Shown here: piece after piece, positions 50,724-62,969 of the stretch
How the letters are laid out: each line of letters begins with the position of its first letter
Position numbering within the stretch: position 1 is the stretch's first letter
Made by a program: the position numbers and the translations under genes
Origin: an uncultured delta proteobacterium
GTDB taxonomy: Bacteria > Myxococcota > Kuafuiibacteriia > Kuafuiibacteriales > Kuafuiibacteriaceae
Assembly (NCBI GenBank): GCA_963803435.1
Contig: CAWDML010000011.1
Span: forward strand, 1 to 64,000
DNA length: 64,000 nt
Reading direction: 5' to 3'
Notes under the pieces: generated by a model
What the model was told of the DNA's origin: nothing
Seen by the model: only the letters and a program-made list of their open reading frames with translations
Databases searched by the model: none

Positions 50724-52265
50724 CTACTCCTCGGTCGGGATCGGATCGATCCGAACGATCCCTTCCTTGTCGAGGATGATCCGGAAGTGTTCGAAGCGCT
50801 CGCGCTCTCCTGCGCCCTGAACGCGGATCACCACGTTGACGTGGTAGACCTTCGGAAGCTCCGAGTGGGCGAAGGCGCCGCGGTCGACGTCGAAGTAGCG
50901 GACGTCCTCGATCGGATCGTCGAGGCGCGAGAGGAAGTGACGGATGTTGAGCCGAAAGATGTCGAGGATGCCGTAGCCCTCGGGGAGCGGCTCGCCCTCC
51001 GACGGCTGCACCGTCAGGACCTTCCGGTACTGGATCACCTCTTCCTGGAGCGGGGCGTCGGCGAGGAAACGCCGGGTACGGCCCTGGAGGCGGATGCTTC
51101 GGATGCGCGGGTCCACCTCGTCGAAGCGCATGAAATGGAAGCGCTCGTCGAGCCGGCCGGAGAAGTTGCCGAGGCCGACCTCCTCGAGGGAGGCGCCGCG
51201 GATCGCGGAGTGCTTGTCGAACTTCCGGATCTTCGGGACCAGGTACTCGTTGGTGGTGGCCTTGATCCGATCCTTGGCGACGTACGCGGCGACCGCGCCG
51301 ATGAAGAAGGCCAGCTTGGTGTTGGTCGGGAGGTCCGCGACGGTCGCGGGCAGCTGCGTCGCCCACGCCCAGCTGGCGGCGAGCATGGCCCCGAACGCGC
51401 CGATGGTGTTCTTGAGGATGGCCTCGTGCTTGACCTTTCGAGCGTCGAGATAGAGCGCCTGATGGATCGACTTCTTCAGGAGCGAGCGTCGATATGTGAA
51501 GTACTCCCGCGAGCTCTTCTCGTGCGCCAGGTGGACCAGGAATCCGTAGCGTTTTCGGTGCGTCGCCTCCTCCCGCGCGAACGCTCGGATCCTCTCCTTC
51601 AGGCGCGGGACGTACGCCGAGCCGTCGTAGCGGCGCTGGGAGTCGAAGTGATCGACGAGCGACGCCAGGCGCTCCTCCAGGGACAGGCTCATGAACTCGT
51701 CGGCGCTCGCCATGGCCTGGACGAAAGAATGGTGGCAGAGCATCTCGAAGGGCCAGAACGCCGCGCGCAGGCGCCGGAAGCGGAAGAGTGAGCGGCGCGC
51801 GCGTTCGATGAAGGCGTCGAGCCCGGCGCTCAGCAGGTCGCGACGGTCCTCCCTGAAGAGGAGCGCGAGCGCGTCGATCTCCCGGCCCACCGCCTGCGAC
51901 TGCAGGAACGCGAACAGCTTGGTGTGCGCGGCCAGACCGAGCGAGGACGGGGCGTGGTCCCCGTTCTGAAATCGCTGCAGCGCCATCGAGAGTGGGCGGA
52001 GGGGGCTCGACGGCGACCAGTCGTCGATGAGCGATTGGAGCGGCTGGGCCGCGGCGTCGAGGCGCATCAGCGCCGTGGTGTCGGCGTAGAACTCGTCGCG
52101 CGCGTAGTTCGTAGCGTTCAGCCCGACGCTGTGCGGGATGAAGAGGTACGTGTCGACCTCATGCATCCGCCGCTCGTCGGTCCGCGACAGCGGGAACGTG
52201 TGGCGGAACTCGACCTGCTGCCGATCGTGCGCCTCGAAGAGCAGCTTGGCGTCGTTGAAGCTCAT
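50724..52265 (-). CDS. Conserved-looking hypothetical protein with a central 2-TM hairpin
   Basis: HDRQQVEF, YLFIP.S.G, DEFMSL, YRRSLLKK, AYVAKDRIK, KVYHVN, RIILDKEGI; ATGA-coupled to the upstream sensor. Confidence 0.7.
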   Translation of the reverse strand: MSFNDAKLLFEAHDRQQVEFRHTFPLSRTDERRMHEVDTYLFIPHSVGLNATNYARDEFYADTTALMRLDAAAQPLQSLIDDWSPSSPLRPLSMALQRFQNGDHAPSSLGLAAHTKLFAFLQSQAVGREIDALALLFREDRRDLLSAGLDAFIERARRSLFRFRRLRAAFWPFEMLCHHSFVQAMASADEFMSLSLEERLASLVDHFDSQRRYDGSAYVPRLKERIRAFAREEATHRKRYGFLVHLAHEKSSREYFTYRRSLLKKSIHQALYLDARKVKHEAILKNTIGAFGAMLAASWAWATQLPATVADLPTNTKLAFFIGAVAAYVAKDRIKATTNEYLVPKIRKFDKHSAIRGASLEEVGLGNFSGRLDERFHFMRFDEVDPRIRSIRLQGRTRRFLADAPLQEEVIQYRKVLTVQPSEGEPLPEGYGILDIFRLNIRHFLSRLDDPIEDVRYFDVDRGAFAHSELPKVYHVNVVIRVQGAGERERFEHFRIILDKEGIVRIDPIPTEE

Positions 52266-53491
52266 GCGCGAGGGATCGTCAGCCAGACCACGTTGACGTC
52301 GCCGAGCCGCTCGGCGCCGACCTGACCGCCGGCGATCGACGCGAGCGGCTCGACCTCGTCGAGGTGCGTCTCGAGCCCTTTGGTGCGCACCGTCAGGCGG
52401 ACGCAGCCGTTCTGGATCTCGCCCGTGATCGCCAGGTTGGAGCCCTTCTTGCTGGTCTTGACCGCCGACTCGAGGAAGCTGCGCACCGCCCGGCAGGTGC
52501 GCCCGTCGGACTCTGCGACGTGCGTCCGGCCCTCCGGGAGCTCGAACTTGAGCTTGATCTTCTTCATCTCGATGCGCGCCTCGATCTGCTGCGCCGCCAG
52601 CTCGCACAGCTCGCCGACGAGCACCGAGGTGACCGGCCCCTGCGCCTCTTCATGCCAGCTCGCCCATCGTTCGAGTCGGTCGGCCTCCACCTCGAGCTGG
52701 AGCCGCAGCTCCTCGGCGGGCACTGCGCGCGCGGCCTCGCGGAGCAGCAACACCGAGCCGTTCAGCGCCTTGGTCACGGTCTCGTGGGTACGCTCCACAT
52801 CCTGGTCCACGATCACCAGCGCCTGCTCGCGACGGCCTTCCTTCGAGTAGACGTTGATCCATCGCGCCTCGAGCACGCGCTCGGGCGACCAGGGCAGCTC
52901 GAGCGGAACCGCGATGGTCCGGCCCTGCGCCGAAGCGTCCCGGCGCGCCCGCTCCTGCGCTGCCAGCCTGGCGATGTCCTCCGCGCGTCCGTGCTCGTCG
53001 GCGCCCACCAGGTCGCACTGCTCCCGCGCGCGGGCGCTCACCACGATCGGTTGGAGGCGCTCGTCGTAGAGGATGACGCCGCAGGGCAGATCGTCGAGGA
53101 GTGCGTGGATGGTGGCCCGGCTCGATCCGACCTCCACCAGCACGGCGCGCAGCTGTACGGCCAGATGGCGGAGGGCGTCGGCGGCATCGCCGAGCTCGTC
53201 CCGCGACTCGATGTCGACTGGATGTCCAAAGTCGCCGGCGGCAAAGGCGCGCGCGGCGCTGGCGATGTTGCGGAGCGGACGGGAGACCGCGAGCGCCGCC
53301 AGCAGGCTCAGCAGGAACGCCGCCGACAGGCCGAGGGCACCCGCCCGCTTGATCTGCTGGGAGGCGGCCTCGTACAGGCTCGCGTCGAGGCTGGTGTGCA
53401 GGTAGATCAGCATCGGGCCGAGCACCAGCGCGACCACGACCAGGTAGCTGAACATCACCTTGATGTGCAGCGGGATGCGTATGCGGTTCAC
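52262..53491 (-). CDS. Degenerate histidine-kinase-like sensor (TM-TM-HAMP-PAS-like-degenerate HATPase)
   Basis: HAMP SRPLRNIASAARAFAAGDF..SRDELGD; PAS-like LLDDLPCGVILYD; no H-box; start uncertain. Confidence 0.7.
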   Translation of the reverse strand: MNRIRIPLHIKVMFSYLVVVALVLGPMLIYLHTSLDASLYEAASQQIKRAGALGLSAAFLLSLLAALAVSRPLRNIASAARAFAAGDFGHPVDIESRDELGDAADALRHLAVQLRAVLVEVGSSRATIHALLDDLPCGVILYDERLQPIVVSARAREQCDLVGADEHGRAEDIARLAAQERARRDASAQGRTIAVPLELPWSPERVLEARWINVYSKEGRREQALVIVDQDVERTHETVTKALNGSVLLLREAARAVPAEELRLQLEVEADRLERWASWHEEAQGPVTSVLVGELCELAAQQIEARIEMKKIKLKFELPEGRTHVAESDGRTCRAVRSFLESAVKTSKKGSNLAITGEIQNGCVRLTVRTKGLETHLDEVEPLASIAGGQVGAERLGDVNVVWLTIPRA

Positions 53492-53512
53492 CCGATCGTG
53501 TATGTTACCACC

Positions 53513-54862
53513 ATGCGTCTCCTCCGGCTGTGGTTCTCGCTCGGTGACCGGGTCACCCGGAGACAGTACGTGCTCTCGGGTCTCTTCCTGATGGCTTTGA
53601 AGTACGGGCTCGACGCTGGGGCGCTTCAGCTCGGCGAGGGCGTTTGGCTCCATCCGATCGACTTCCTGAGCCCGATCTTCAAGACGCGCGAGGCCCTGCT
53701 CGGCCGCGCCCACGAGGGCCTCCTCGCCGCAATGGTGCTCTGGGCGCTCCCCTTCCTCTGGATCGGCGTATCGATGTCGATCCGGCGCGCCGTGGACGCT
53801 GGGTGGTCGCCGTGGCTGGGGCTGCTCTTCGTGCTGCCGTTCGTGAACATGATCGTGATCGGCGCGCTGGCCCTGGCACCGTCGTCTCCCCACCGGCGAT
53901 GGGAGCTCTCGGGCCGGACCGACCCCTCCAGCGAGGACCGGGTCAAGAGTGCGCTGATCGGGGTCGTCGCCGGCGTCGCGCTGGCGGGCTCGATGGTGGC
54001 GGTCAGCGTGCTGCTGTTGAAGGACTACGGATGGGCGCTGTTCTTCGCGACCCCCTTCTTCATCGGCGCGGTCGCTGCCTACGTGTACAACGCGAACCGG
54101 CCGCGGACGGTCTCCTCCTCGGTGGGCGTGGGGGTGGTCGCGGTTCTGGCCGGCTGCGGCGCGCTCCTGCTCTTCGCGCTCGAGGGTGTCTTCTGCATCG
54201 CGATGGCGACCCCGATCGCGATGGTGCCGGCGATCCTGGGAGCGCTCGTGGGGCGGGCGATCGCCGTCCGCAAGGGCGGCGCCGCCGGACTATTGCCCCT
54301 GTTGCTCGCGCTCCCGCTGACCACCGCGATGAGCGCGTCGGCGCCTACTCCGTTGACCGAGCGCGAGGTGGTCAGCGCGATCGAGATCGATGCGCCGCCG
54401 GCCTCGGTGTGGCCCCACGTGATCGGCTTTACCGAGCTCCCCCCGCCGCCCGAGGTGGTGTTCAACCTCGGCATCGCGTACCCGATGCGCGCCGTCATCG
54501 AAGGTGAAGGTGTCGGCGCGGTGCGGCGATGCGAGTTCTCCACCGGCCCGTTCGTCGAGCCGATCACCCGCTGGGAGCCGCCTACCCGGCTCTCCTTCGA
54601 CGTGCGCTCTCAGCCGCCGCCGATGTTCGAGTGGAGCCCGTACCGCCACGTCCACCCGCCGCACCTGGACGGATACCTGCGCTCGCGGCGCGGCGAGTTC
54701 CGCTTGATCGCGCTGCCGGGCGGACGCACTCGGCTCGAGGGATCGACCTGGTACACGCTCGACCTGGCCCCCAGCCGCTACTGGGCGCTGTGGTCCGACG
54801 CGCTGATCCACCAGATCCACATGCGCGTCCTCCGCCACATCGCGTCGCTATCGGAGCGGTAG
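53513..54862 (+). CDS. DUF805 membrane domain fused to an SRPBCC/START-like domain
   Basis: VTRRQY..MSIRRAVDAGWSPW; LEGVFCIAMA; GIAYP..EGEGVGAVRRCEFSTGPFVEPIT; IHQIHMRVLRHI. Confidence 0.8.
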   Translation: MRLLRLWFSLGDRVTRRQYVLSGLFLMALKYGLDAGALQLGEGVWLHPIDFLSPIFKTREALLGRAHEGLLAAMVLWALPFLWIGVSMSIRRAVDAGWSPWLGLLFVLPFVNMIVIGALALAPSSPHRRWELSGRTDPSSEDRVKSALIGVVAGVALAGSMVAVSVLLLKDYGWALFFATPFFIGAVAAYVYNANRPRTVSSSVGVGVVAVLAGCGALLLFALEGVFCIAMATPIAMVPAILGALVGRAIAVRKGGAAGLLPLLLALPLTTAMSASAPTPLTEREVVSAIEIDAPPASVWPHVIGFTELPPPPEVVFNLGIAYPMRAVIEGEGVGAVRRCEFSTGPFVEPITRWEPPTRLSFDVRSQPPPMFEWSPYRHVHPPHLDGYLRSRRGEFRLIALPGGRTRLEGSTWYTLDLAPSRYWALWSDALIHQIHMRVLRHIASLSER

Positions 54863-55693
54863 CCCGGGCGCGGGCCCCAGGTTGTCGCGCATCCGGCGGC
54901 GGAGCGTCTCGATCCCCCTCCGCTCGCCCTCGCGGAGCTTCTGGCGAGCTCGCAGACCCCTCGAACCGGGGAGGCCGTGCGCCGTCCGCATCGGCCGCAA
55001 CACGGGCCCGGTCACGTAGATCCGACGATCGCTCCGCTCCTCCAGGTACAGCTCCACGATGCCGACGGGCGGCTCGGTGACGATGCCCCAGTAGCGGATC
55101 CAGACCCGCTCGCCGAGCAAGGTCCGTGTGCTCTCGTCCGGCGCCAGATCGAACGCGACCGGGTCGCCGGTGGTCGACGTCCCGACGAGCGACACCACCG
55201 CGGTCACCGGCTCGTCGAGGGCGCCGTCGTATCCGATCCAGACGTCGATGCTCATCGGCTCCGAGCTGCTGCGGGCGATGCCGAGCACCGCGACGCCGTT
55301 CGGCGACGAGAGCGCGAGCACCGGCTGGTGGGTCGGCGACTGCGCGAGCAGGTACTTGACCAGATTGGACAGGGGCGAGCCGTCCAGGGGGAAGGCGAAC
55401 CATCCGTTCGTGGACAGGTCGAAGTTCGGCGTCATCACCAGGTTGTCGTCCGGCGAGGTTCCGAACAGAGAGAAGTCGGTGAGGTGACGCAGCGGCTCCA
55501 CGCCGGAGTCTGTCTCGACGCCCGAGTCCGTCTCGACGCCGCCGTCGAGCTCCTCCACGCCGCTGTCGACCACACCGGTATCGACGATGCCCGAGTCGAC
55601 GGGCGAACCGGTGTCGGGCTTCTCGAGCCCGGTGCTCTTCTTGGAACAGGCGCCCATCAGGGCGGCAACGGCAACGATCGCGATGCGCTTCAT
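54848..55693 (-). CDS. Hypothetical lipoprotein with D-x-G repeat linker
   Basis: Lipobox LMGAC, DTGSPVDSGIVDTGVVDSGVEELDGGVETDSGVETDSG. Confidence 0.7.
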   Translation of the reverse strand: MKRIAIVAVAALMGACSKKSTGLEKPDTGSPVDSGIVDTGVVDSGVEELDGGVETDSGVETDSGVEPLRHLTDFSLFGTSPDDNLVMTPNFDLSTNGWFAFPLDGSPLSNLVKYLLAQSPTHQPVLALSSPNGVAVLGIARSSSEPMSIDVWIGYDGALDEPVTAVVSLVGTSTTGDPVAFDLAPDESTRTLLGERVWIRYWGIVTEPPVGIVELYLEERSDRRIYVTGPVLRPMRTAHGLPGSRGLRARQKLREGERRGIETLRRRMRDNLGPAPGLPLR

Positions 55694-55698
55694 GACGT

Positions 55699-57891
55699 TC
55701 ACTCCGCGAGCCAGGCGCGTGCGCGCTCCAGCAAGGTGTCGATCCCGTTGACCGCGTCGCTCTGCTTCTGCAGCACGACCTCATCGGGGCTCACTCCGGT
55801 ACCGGTGTTGAAGTCGAGGTTCGTGTCCTCCGGGTGCTGGACGAACACGGTGTCCTGCACCTGCACGCTGCCGCCGATGAGCTCGCCTGCCAGGGCCGGC
55901 AGCGACCAGATCACGCCGAAGGCGCCGTACGTGGGCACGGCGCCGAAGATGCGCGTCTCTCCCGATCGGTAGGTCAAGAGCTTGCTCGTGAAGTCGTTGC
56001 CGGAGACGTCGAGGCCCGTGAGCACCGCCAGCTTCTGGCTCTGCGCGAGGCCTTGGCCGGAGACGGTGAAGCTGCCCAGGATCCACTCATAGGCGTTGCC
56101 GCAGTCGCCGAATTGAGCCGCGCTCGTCGAGCAGCGGCGGAGGGCGTTGCGCAGCTCGTCGTCGAGCGGCTGCGAGAGCTGGGGGATGAGGTCCATCGTG
56201 TAGAAGTCGGAGACGCCCAGGTAGCGCGACGCGAGCAGATCGACCGCATCGAGGCTGCCGCCGCCGCCTGTTCGCTCGTCGAGCACGGAGCGCGTGGGGC
56301 CGGTGCCGTCGAGCGCCAAGCCGACGGTGTCGAACCACGCCTGCCCCCCCTCGTTGTACTGTGAGGGGACGCCGTTGATCAGCAGGTAGCGGACGTCGTC
56401 GGTGTCCACGAAGCCGGCGTAGCTGTAGTCGCGGACGCCCTGATCTTCGAGGGGGCGCAGGAAGCGGTAGTCGCAGGTCTGGAAGTCGAAGCGCCACGCC
56501 GGAAGATCGCCGGAATAGATCCCCCTCGTCATCGCGCCCAGGTCGACCTCGACCTGCTGGACGTCGCCCGGCGCGCAGGGGCCGCCGCTGGGATCGACGA
56601 CGCTGCAGCGCTCGAACGTCAGCCGCGCGCCGGTCATCAGGGCCGCGTCCATGATCTGGGGCGTCGTGATGAACTCGCGGCCGCGCGGGTCGCCGCCGTA
56701 GCGGAGGAATCGGGTCGCCGCCGCGCGCCACTGATCCACCGGCGCTCCGTCGATCGCGACGAGCGCGTCCCCGATCTGGAGCAGCTGACCCACGGCGTTC
56801 GTGTTGGTCTCGAGGATCAGCGGCGCGGCCCCGCCTCCTGGCAGCAGATCCGCTTCGCCTTGGTACATGCAGATGCCCGTCGAGACCTGGATCGGATAGG
56901 TCGGATAGGGCGCCGAGGCGTGCCCGTCGGCGAGGCTGTCGATCGCCTCGTCGAGCCCGGTCCAATAGCGCACGTTGGAGGTCTCGGTGCGGATCGAATC
57001 GATCCTGCTCTTGAACGCGCCGATGGTGGCCAGCGGCCCGCGGCCGCCCTCGAGGTTCTCGAACAGAAACGAGCGGCGAGAGAGATACTGATCGCGGACC
57101 GCGAGATTCTCCAGCTTCGGCCCCACCACCGCGGCCGCGTCGGCGCACCGGCCGAACTGACACGCGCCCATCGGGCCGCAGGCGGTGGCTTCGTCGAGCA
57201 GGCTGCAGTCGCCGGCGGGCACCACGGCCGGCCCGAGGTCGTAGATGCCGAGACCGTCGATCGAGACGCGCACGGTCGGGTCGAACGTCGAGAGGCCCCG
57301 GTACGCGTACTGGATGTGCTCGTCGTAGAAGGTCAGGAACGTCATGTCGACCGCGCCCGCCAACGAGAAGTCCACCGGGCCGGTGGTCCACTCCTGCCAG
57401 CCGTCGTCGGTGATGCGGCCCGAGGGCTGGAACGGGAGGGCGCCGACGTGCTGGTAGGCGCGCCCGTCTCCGCCGGAGAGCGCCGAGTCGACGTCGCCGG
57501 TGTACCAGCCCAGCTCGATGTTGACCTCGGTTCCCTCGACCCGCTGCCACAGCTTGATCTCCACCCGGCGCCCTCGCAGTGGCTCTGCGATCGACCGGAG
57601 ATCCAGGAGCATGTACGACCGATCGCCGCCGAGCTCGAGCGCGCCCAGGCCCTCGATCCCCGCGCGATCGCCCTGCACGAAGAGCGACTCCAGGTCGGTG
57701 ATCGGGTTGAACTGCTCGTCGTAGATGAGGACGCCCAGGCCCTCGGGGAAGCTGCTGGGGCCGTCGAATGCCAGGCCGAAGGTGGCATCGTCGAGGCTCA
57801 CCATGCCGGTGGCGGGATCGAAGTCGGCACGAGCGAGATGCGGGACCAGGACCAGCGTGATCAGCGAGACAAACGATGTTGGGATCCGCAC
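55699..57891 (-). CDS. Secreted S41-peptidase/PDZ-like protein
   Basis: Signal peptide, LADGHAS, LQIGDALVAIDG (PDZ), LDERTGGGGS, VSGNDF, TYGAF, GVSPDEVV, DTLLERARAWL. Confidence 0.7.
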   Translation of the reverse strand: MRIPTSFVSLITLVLVPHLARADFDPATGMVSLDDATFGLAFDGPSSFPEGLGVLIYDEQFNPITDLESLFVQGDRAGIEGLGALELGGDRSYMLLDLRSIAEPLRGRRVEIKLWQRVEGTEVNIELGWYTGDVDSALSGGDGRAYQHVGALPFQPSGRITDDGWQEWTTGPVDFSLAGAVDMTFLTFYDEHIQYAYRGLSTFDPTVRVSIDGLGIYDLGPAVVPAGDCSLLDEATACGPMGACQFGRCADAAAVVGPKLENLAVRDQYLSRRSFLFENLEGGRGPLATIGAFKSRIDSIRTETSNVRYWTGLDEAIDSLADGHASAPYPTYPIQVSTGICMYQGEADLLPGGGAAPLILETNTNAVGQLLQIGDALVAIDGAPVDQWRAAATRFLRYGGDPRGREFITTPQIMDAALMTGARLTFERCSVVDPSGGPCAPGDVQQVEVDLGAMTRGIYSGDLPAWRFDFQTCDYRFLRPLEDQGVRDYSYAGFVDTDDVRYLLINGVPSQYNEGGQAWFDTVGLALDGTGPTRSVLDERTGGGGSLDAVDLLASRYLGVSDFYTMDLIPQLSQPLDDELRNALRRCSTSAAQFGDCGNAYEWILGSFTVSGQGLAQSQKLAVLTGLDVSGNDFTSKLLTYRSGETRIFGAVPTYGAFGVIWSLPALAGELIGGSVQVQDTVFVQHPEDTNLDFNTGTGVSPDEVVLQKQSDAVNGIDTLLERARAWLAE

Positions 57892-57979
57892 AGCGGCCGT
57901 CGAGGCAGCAAGGGGTGTGCCGGTGGCGGTCTGGTATCTTGCGAACTCCGCTCGATGACCGAGGGACAGAGTGTCGAGG

Positions 57980-58884
57980 TCAGAAGCGGAGCACCGCCGC
58001 CAGCATCAGGAGCGCGATCGAGCAGGTGACGAGCAGGTTGAACGAGCGCGCGGCGCTGTGCTCACCCTCGGTGTGCGCCGCCATGCCCGGGCGCGGGAGC
58101 AGCCGCTTGAAGAAGCCCACGTAGGCCGGCTGGAGCTCGAGCAAGAGCGGCGCTTCGTCCAGCTGCTCCAGCTGGATGCGCCGCACGCGCACCGGCGGCG
58201 GCGGCGTGGGGAAGGCCGCTCGCGGCGCCGCCGGTGGCGTGATCCGGTGGGGCGGCGGTGGGGGAGGCGAACCGGTACCGCCGCGGGGGAGGGCGGCTGC
58301 TTGGCAAGTCGCCTTGCATTGCGCATCAGCAGCTGGCTGAGCTCGACCAGCGCGTGGAGATCGGGACCCGCGTCGATCGGCCCGCCCTTGCCCGAGATCC
58401 GATGAGCCATCGCCCGTGCGCAGAGGTCCGGGATCACGACCTGGCCCTCGGCGTCGATGAGAACGTTGTCCGCGGTGAGCGCCCCGTGCGCGAGGCCGGC
58501 GGAGTGGGCGCACTGGAGCGCGTTGCGGATGCCGTTGATCGCGCGGAGGGCCTGACTCGACGAGAGCGCGCCAGCGTCGACGATCGCGCGCAAGGAGCGC
58601 CCCTCGACGCGCTCGGTGACCAGGTAGGGCCGCACCATGAAGCGGCCGTAGTCGACCACCTCGGGGAACGCGTCGTGCGAGAAGCGGCAGAGCTGTCGGC
58701 CGGCCGCGTCGAAGACGGCGAGGACGGGATCGCCCTCCATCAGCGCGGTCCGCAGGAGGTACAGCGTCACCTTCGGGCCGGGTGCGATCGGCTCGGCGAT
58801 GTAGACGTCGACCTGCCTGCCCAGCTGGAGCGGCTCCGAGATCCGATAGGCCGCGTCGATGATGGTACCGGTCGGGAGCTCCAT
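57980..58884 (-). CDS. Ser/Thr pseudokinase with C-terminal TM (frameshift near 58280)
   Basis: Kinase fold recognisable (YRISEPL..VY.A, HDAFPEVVDYG, PYLVTERVEGRSL, AHSAGLAHGALTADNVL) but catalytic motifs replaced. Confidence 0.75.
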
Positions 58885-59031
58885 GGCGCGGCAACAGACG
58901 CAAGACCGGGACCCGCCGTCCACAGCTCCGATCTCGCGGGTGGGCCGGGGCGTTCCCGACCAACTTGTGCCCTCCCGGGACAGGGCGGGGAGGCTTGACC
59001 GAGCCGCCGATTCCGTCGATGCCGGCCCGGC

Positions 59032-60006
59032 ATGCTCCGCCTGATGATGCTGTTCCTCCAGGCGTTCTTCCACACCTCGATTGGCCGCCTCCGCCGCGGA
59101 CCCCTGCGGCCGTCGTGGAGCTTTCGCTTCGAGTGGGTGGTGACCGGCCTTCGCCGAGACTGGGACGAGATGCACCGGTGGCCGGCGTTCCGCATCCGCG
59201 AGGAGCTCGAAGGACGTGAGCTCCCCAAGACGCACTCGAGGCGCGTGAAGCGGTCACCCGAGACGATTGGCGGCGTCCCCGGAGAGTGGTTCGATCCTCC
59301 GGCCGCGGCCGCGGACTCCCTCCTGATCTACCTCCACGGGGGCTCCTACCTCTTCGGCAGCACACACACACACGCCGAGATCATCGCGCGGATGGCCCTC
59401 ACCACCGGGATGCGCACGTTCGCGCCCAACTACCGACTCGCGCCCGAGCATCCTTACCCGGCCCAGCTCGAGGATGCGCGTGCAATCTACCTTGCATTCC
59501 TGGCGCGCCCGCTCCCCGCCGACCGCATCGTGCTCGCCGGCGAGTCCGCGGGCGGCAATCTGATCCTCTCCACGTTGATCGCGCTGCGCGAGGCCGGTGA
59601 CCCGCTGCCGGCCGCGGCGGCCGTGTTCTCGCCCTGGTCGGATCTGTCGTCCGCACAGCCGTCGATCGAGTCGAACGCCGACTTCGACTTCGGCACGAGG
59701 TCGATGCTGATCGATCAGGCCCGACAGTTCGCCGGCGCGCTCCCGCTCGACGATCCTCGGATCTCGCCGCTCTTTGCCGATCTCGGCGGGCTCTGCCCGC
59801 TCCGCATCCACGCGGGAGAGTCCGAGCTCCTCTTCGACGAGTGCCGCCAGCTCGCGGAGCGTGCCCGCGACGCCGGGTCCGACGTCACCTTCGAGGCGCT
59901 GCGGGACATGCCTCACGCCGCCGAGCTCCTCGCCGACTTCTCGCCGGTGGGCGCTGCCGCGCTGGAGCGGGCCGGAGCCTGGCTGCGGGCCCGTGCGCTC
60001 GACTGA
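59032..60006 (+). CDS. HSL-family esterase/lipase
   Basis: YLHGGSY, NYRLAPEHPYPA, GESAGG, SPW.D, GESELL.DE, MPH. Confidence 0.92.
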   Translation: MLRLMMLFLQAFFHTSIGRLRRGPLRPSWSFRFEWVVTGLRRDWDEMHRWPAFRIREELEGRELPKTHSRRVKRSPETIGGVPGEWFDPPAAAADSLLIYLHGGSYLFGSTHTHAEIIARMALTTGMRTFAPNYRLAPEHPYPAQLEDARAIYLAFLARPLPADRIVLAGESAGGNLILSTLIALREAGDPLPAAAAVFSPWSDLSSAQPSIESNADFDFGTRSMLIDQARQFAGALPLDDPRISPLFADLGGLCPLRIHAGESELLFDECRQLAERARDAGSDVTFEALRDMPHAAELLADFSPVGAAALERAGAWLRARALD

Positions 60007-60009
60007 ACC

Positions 60010-62962
<2,953 letters not shown>

Positions 62963-62969
62963 CGCCTCA

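Noticed and set aside
59359-59373. (CA)n tract as a phase-variation switch in the esterase
   Set aside because: Short, in frame and encodes STHTH, an ordinary sequence after the HGG motif
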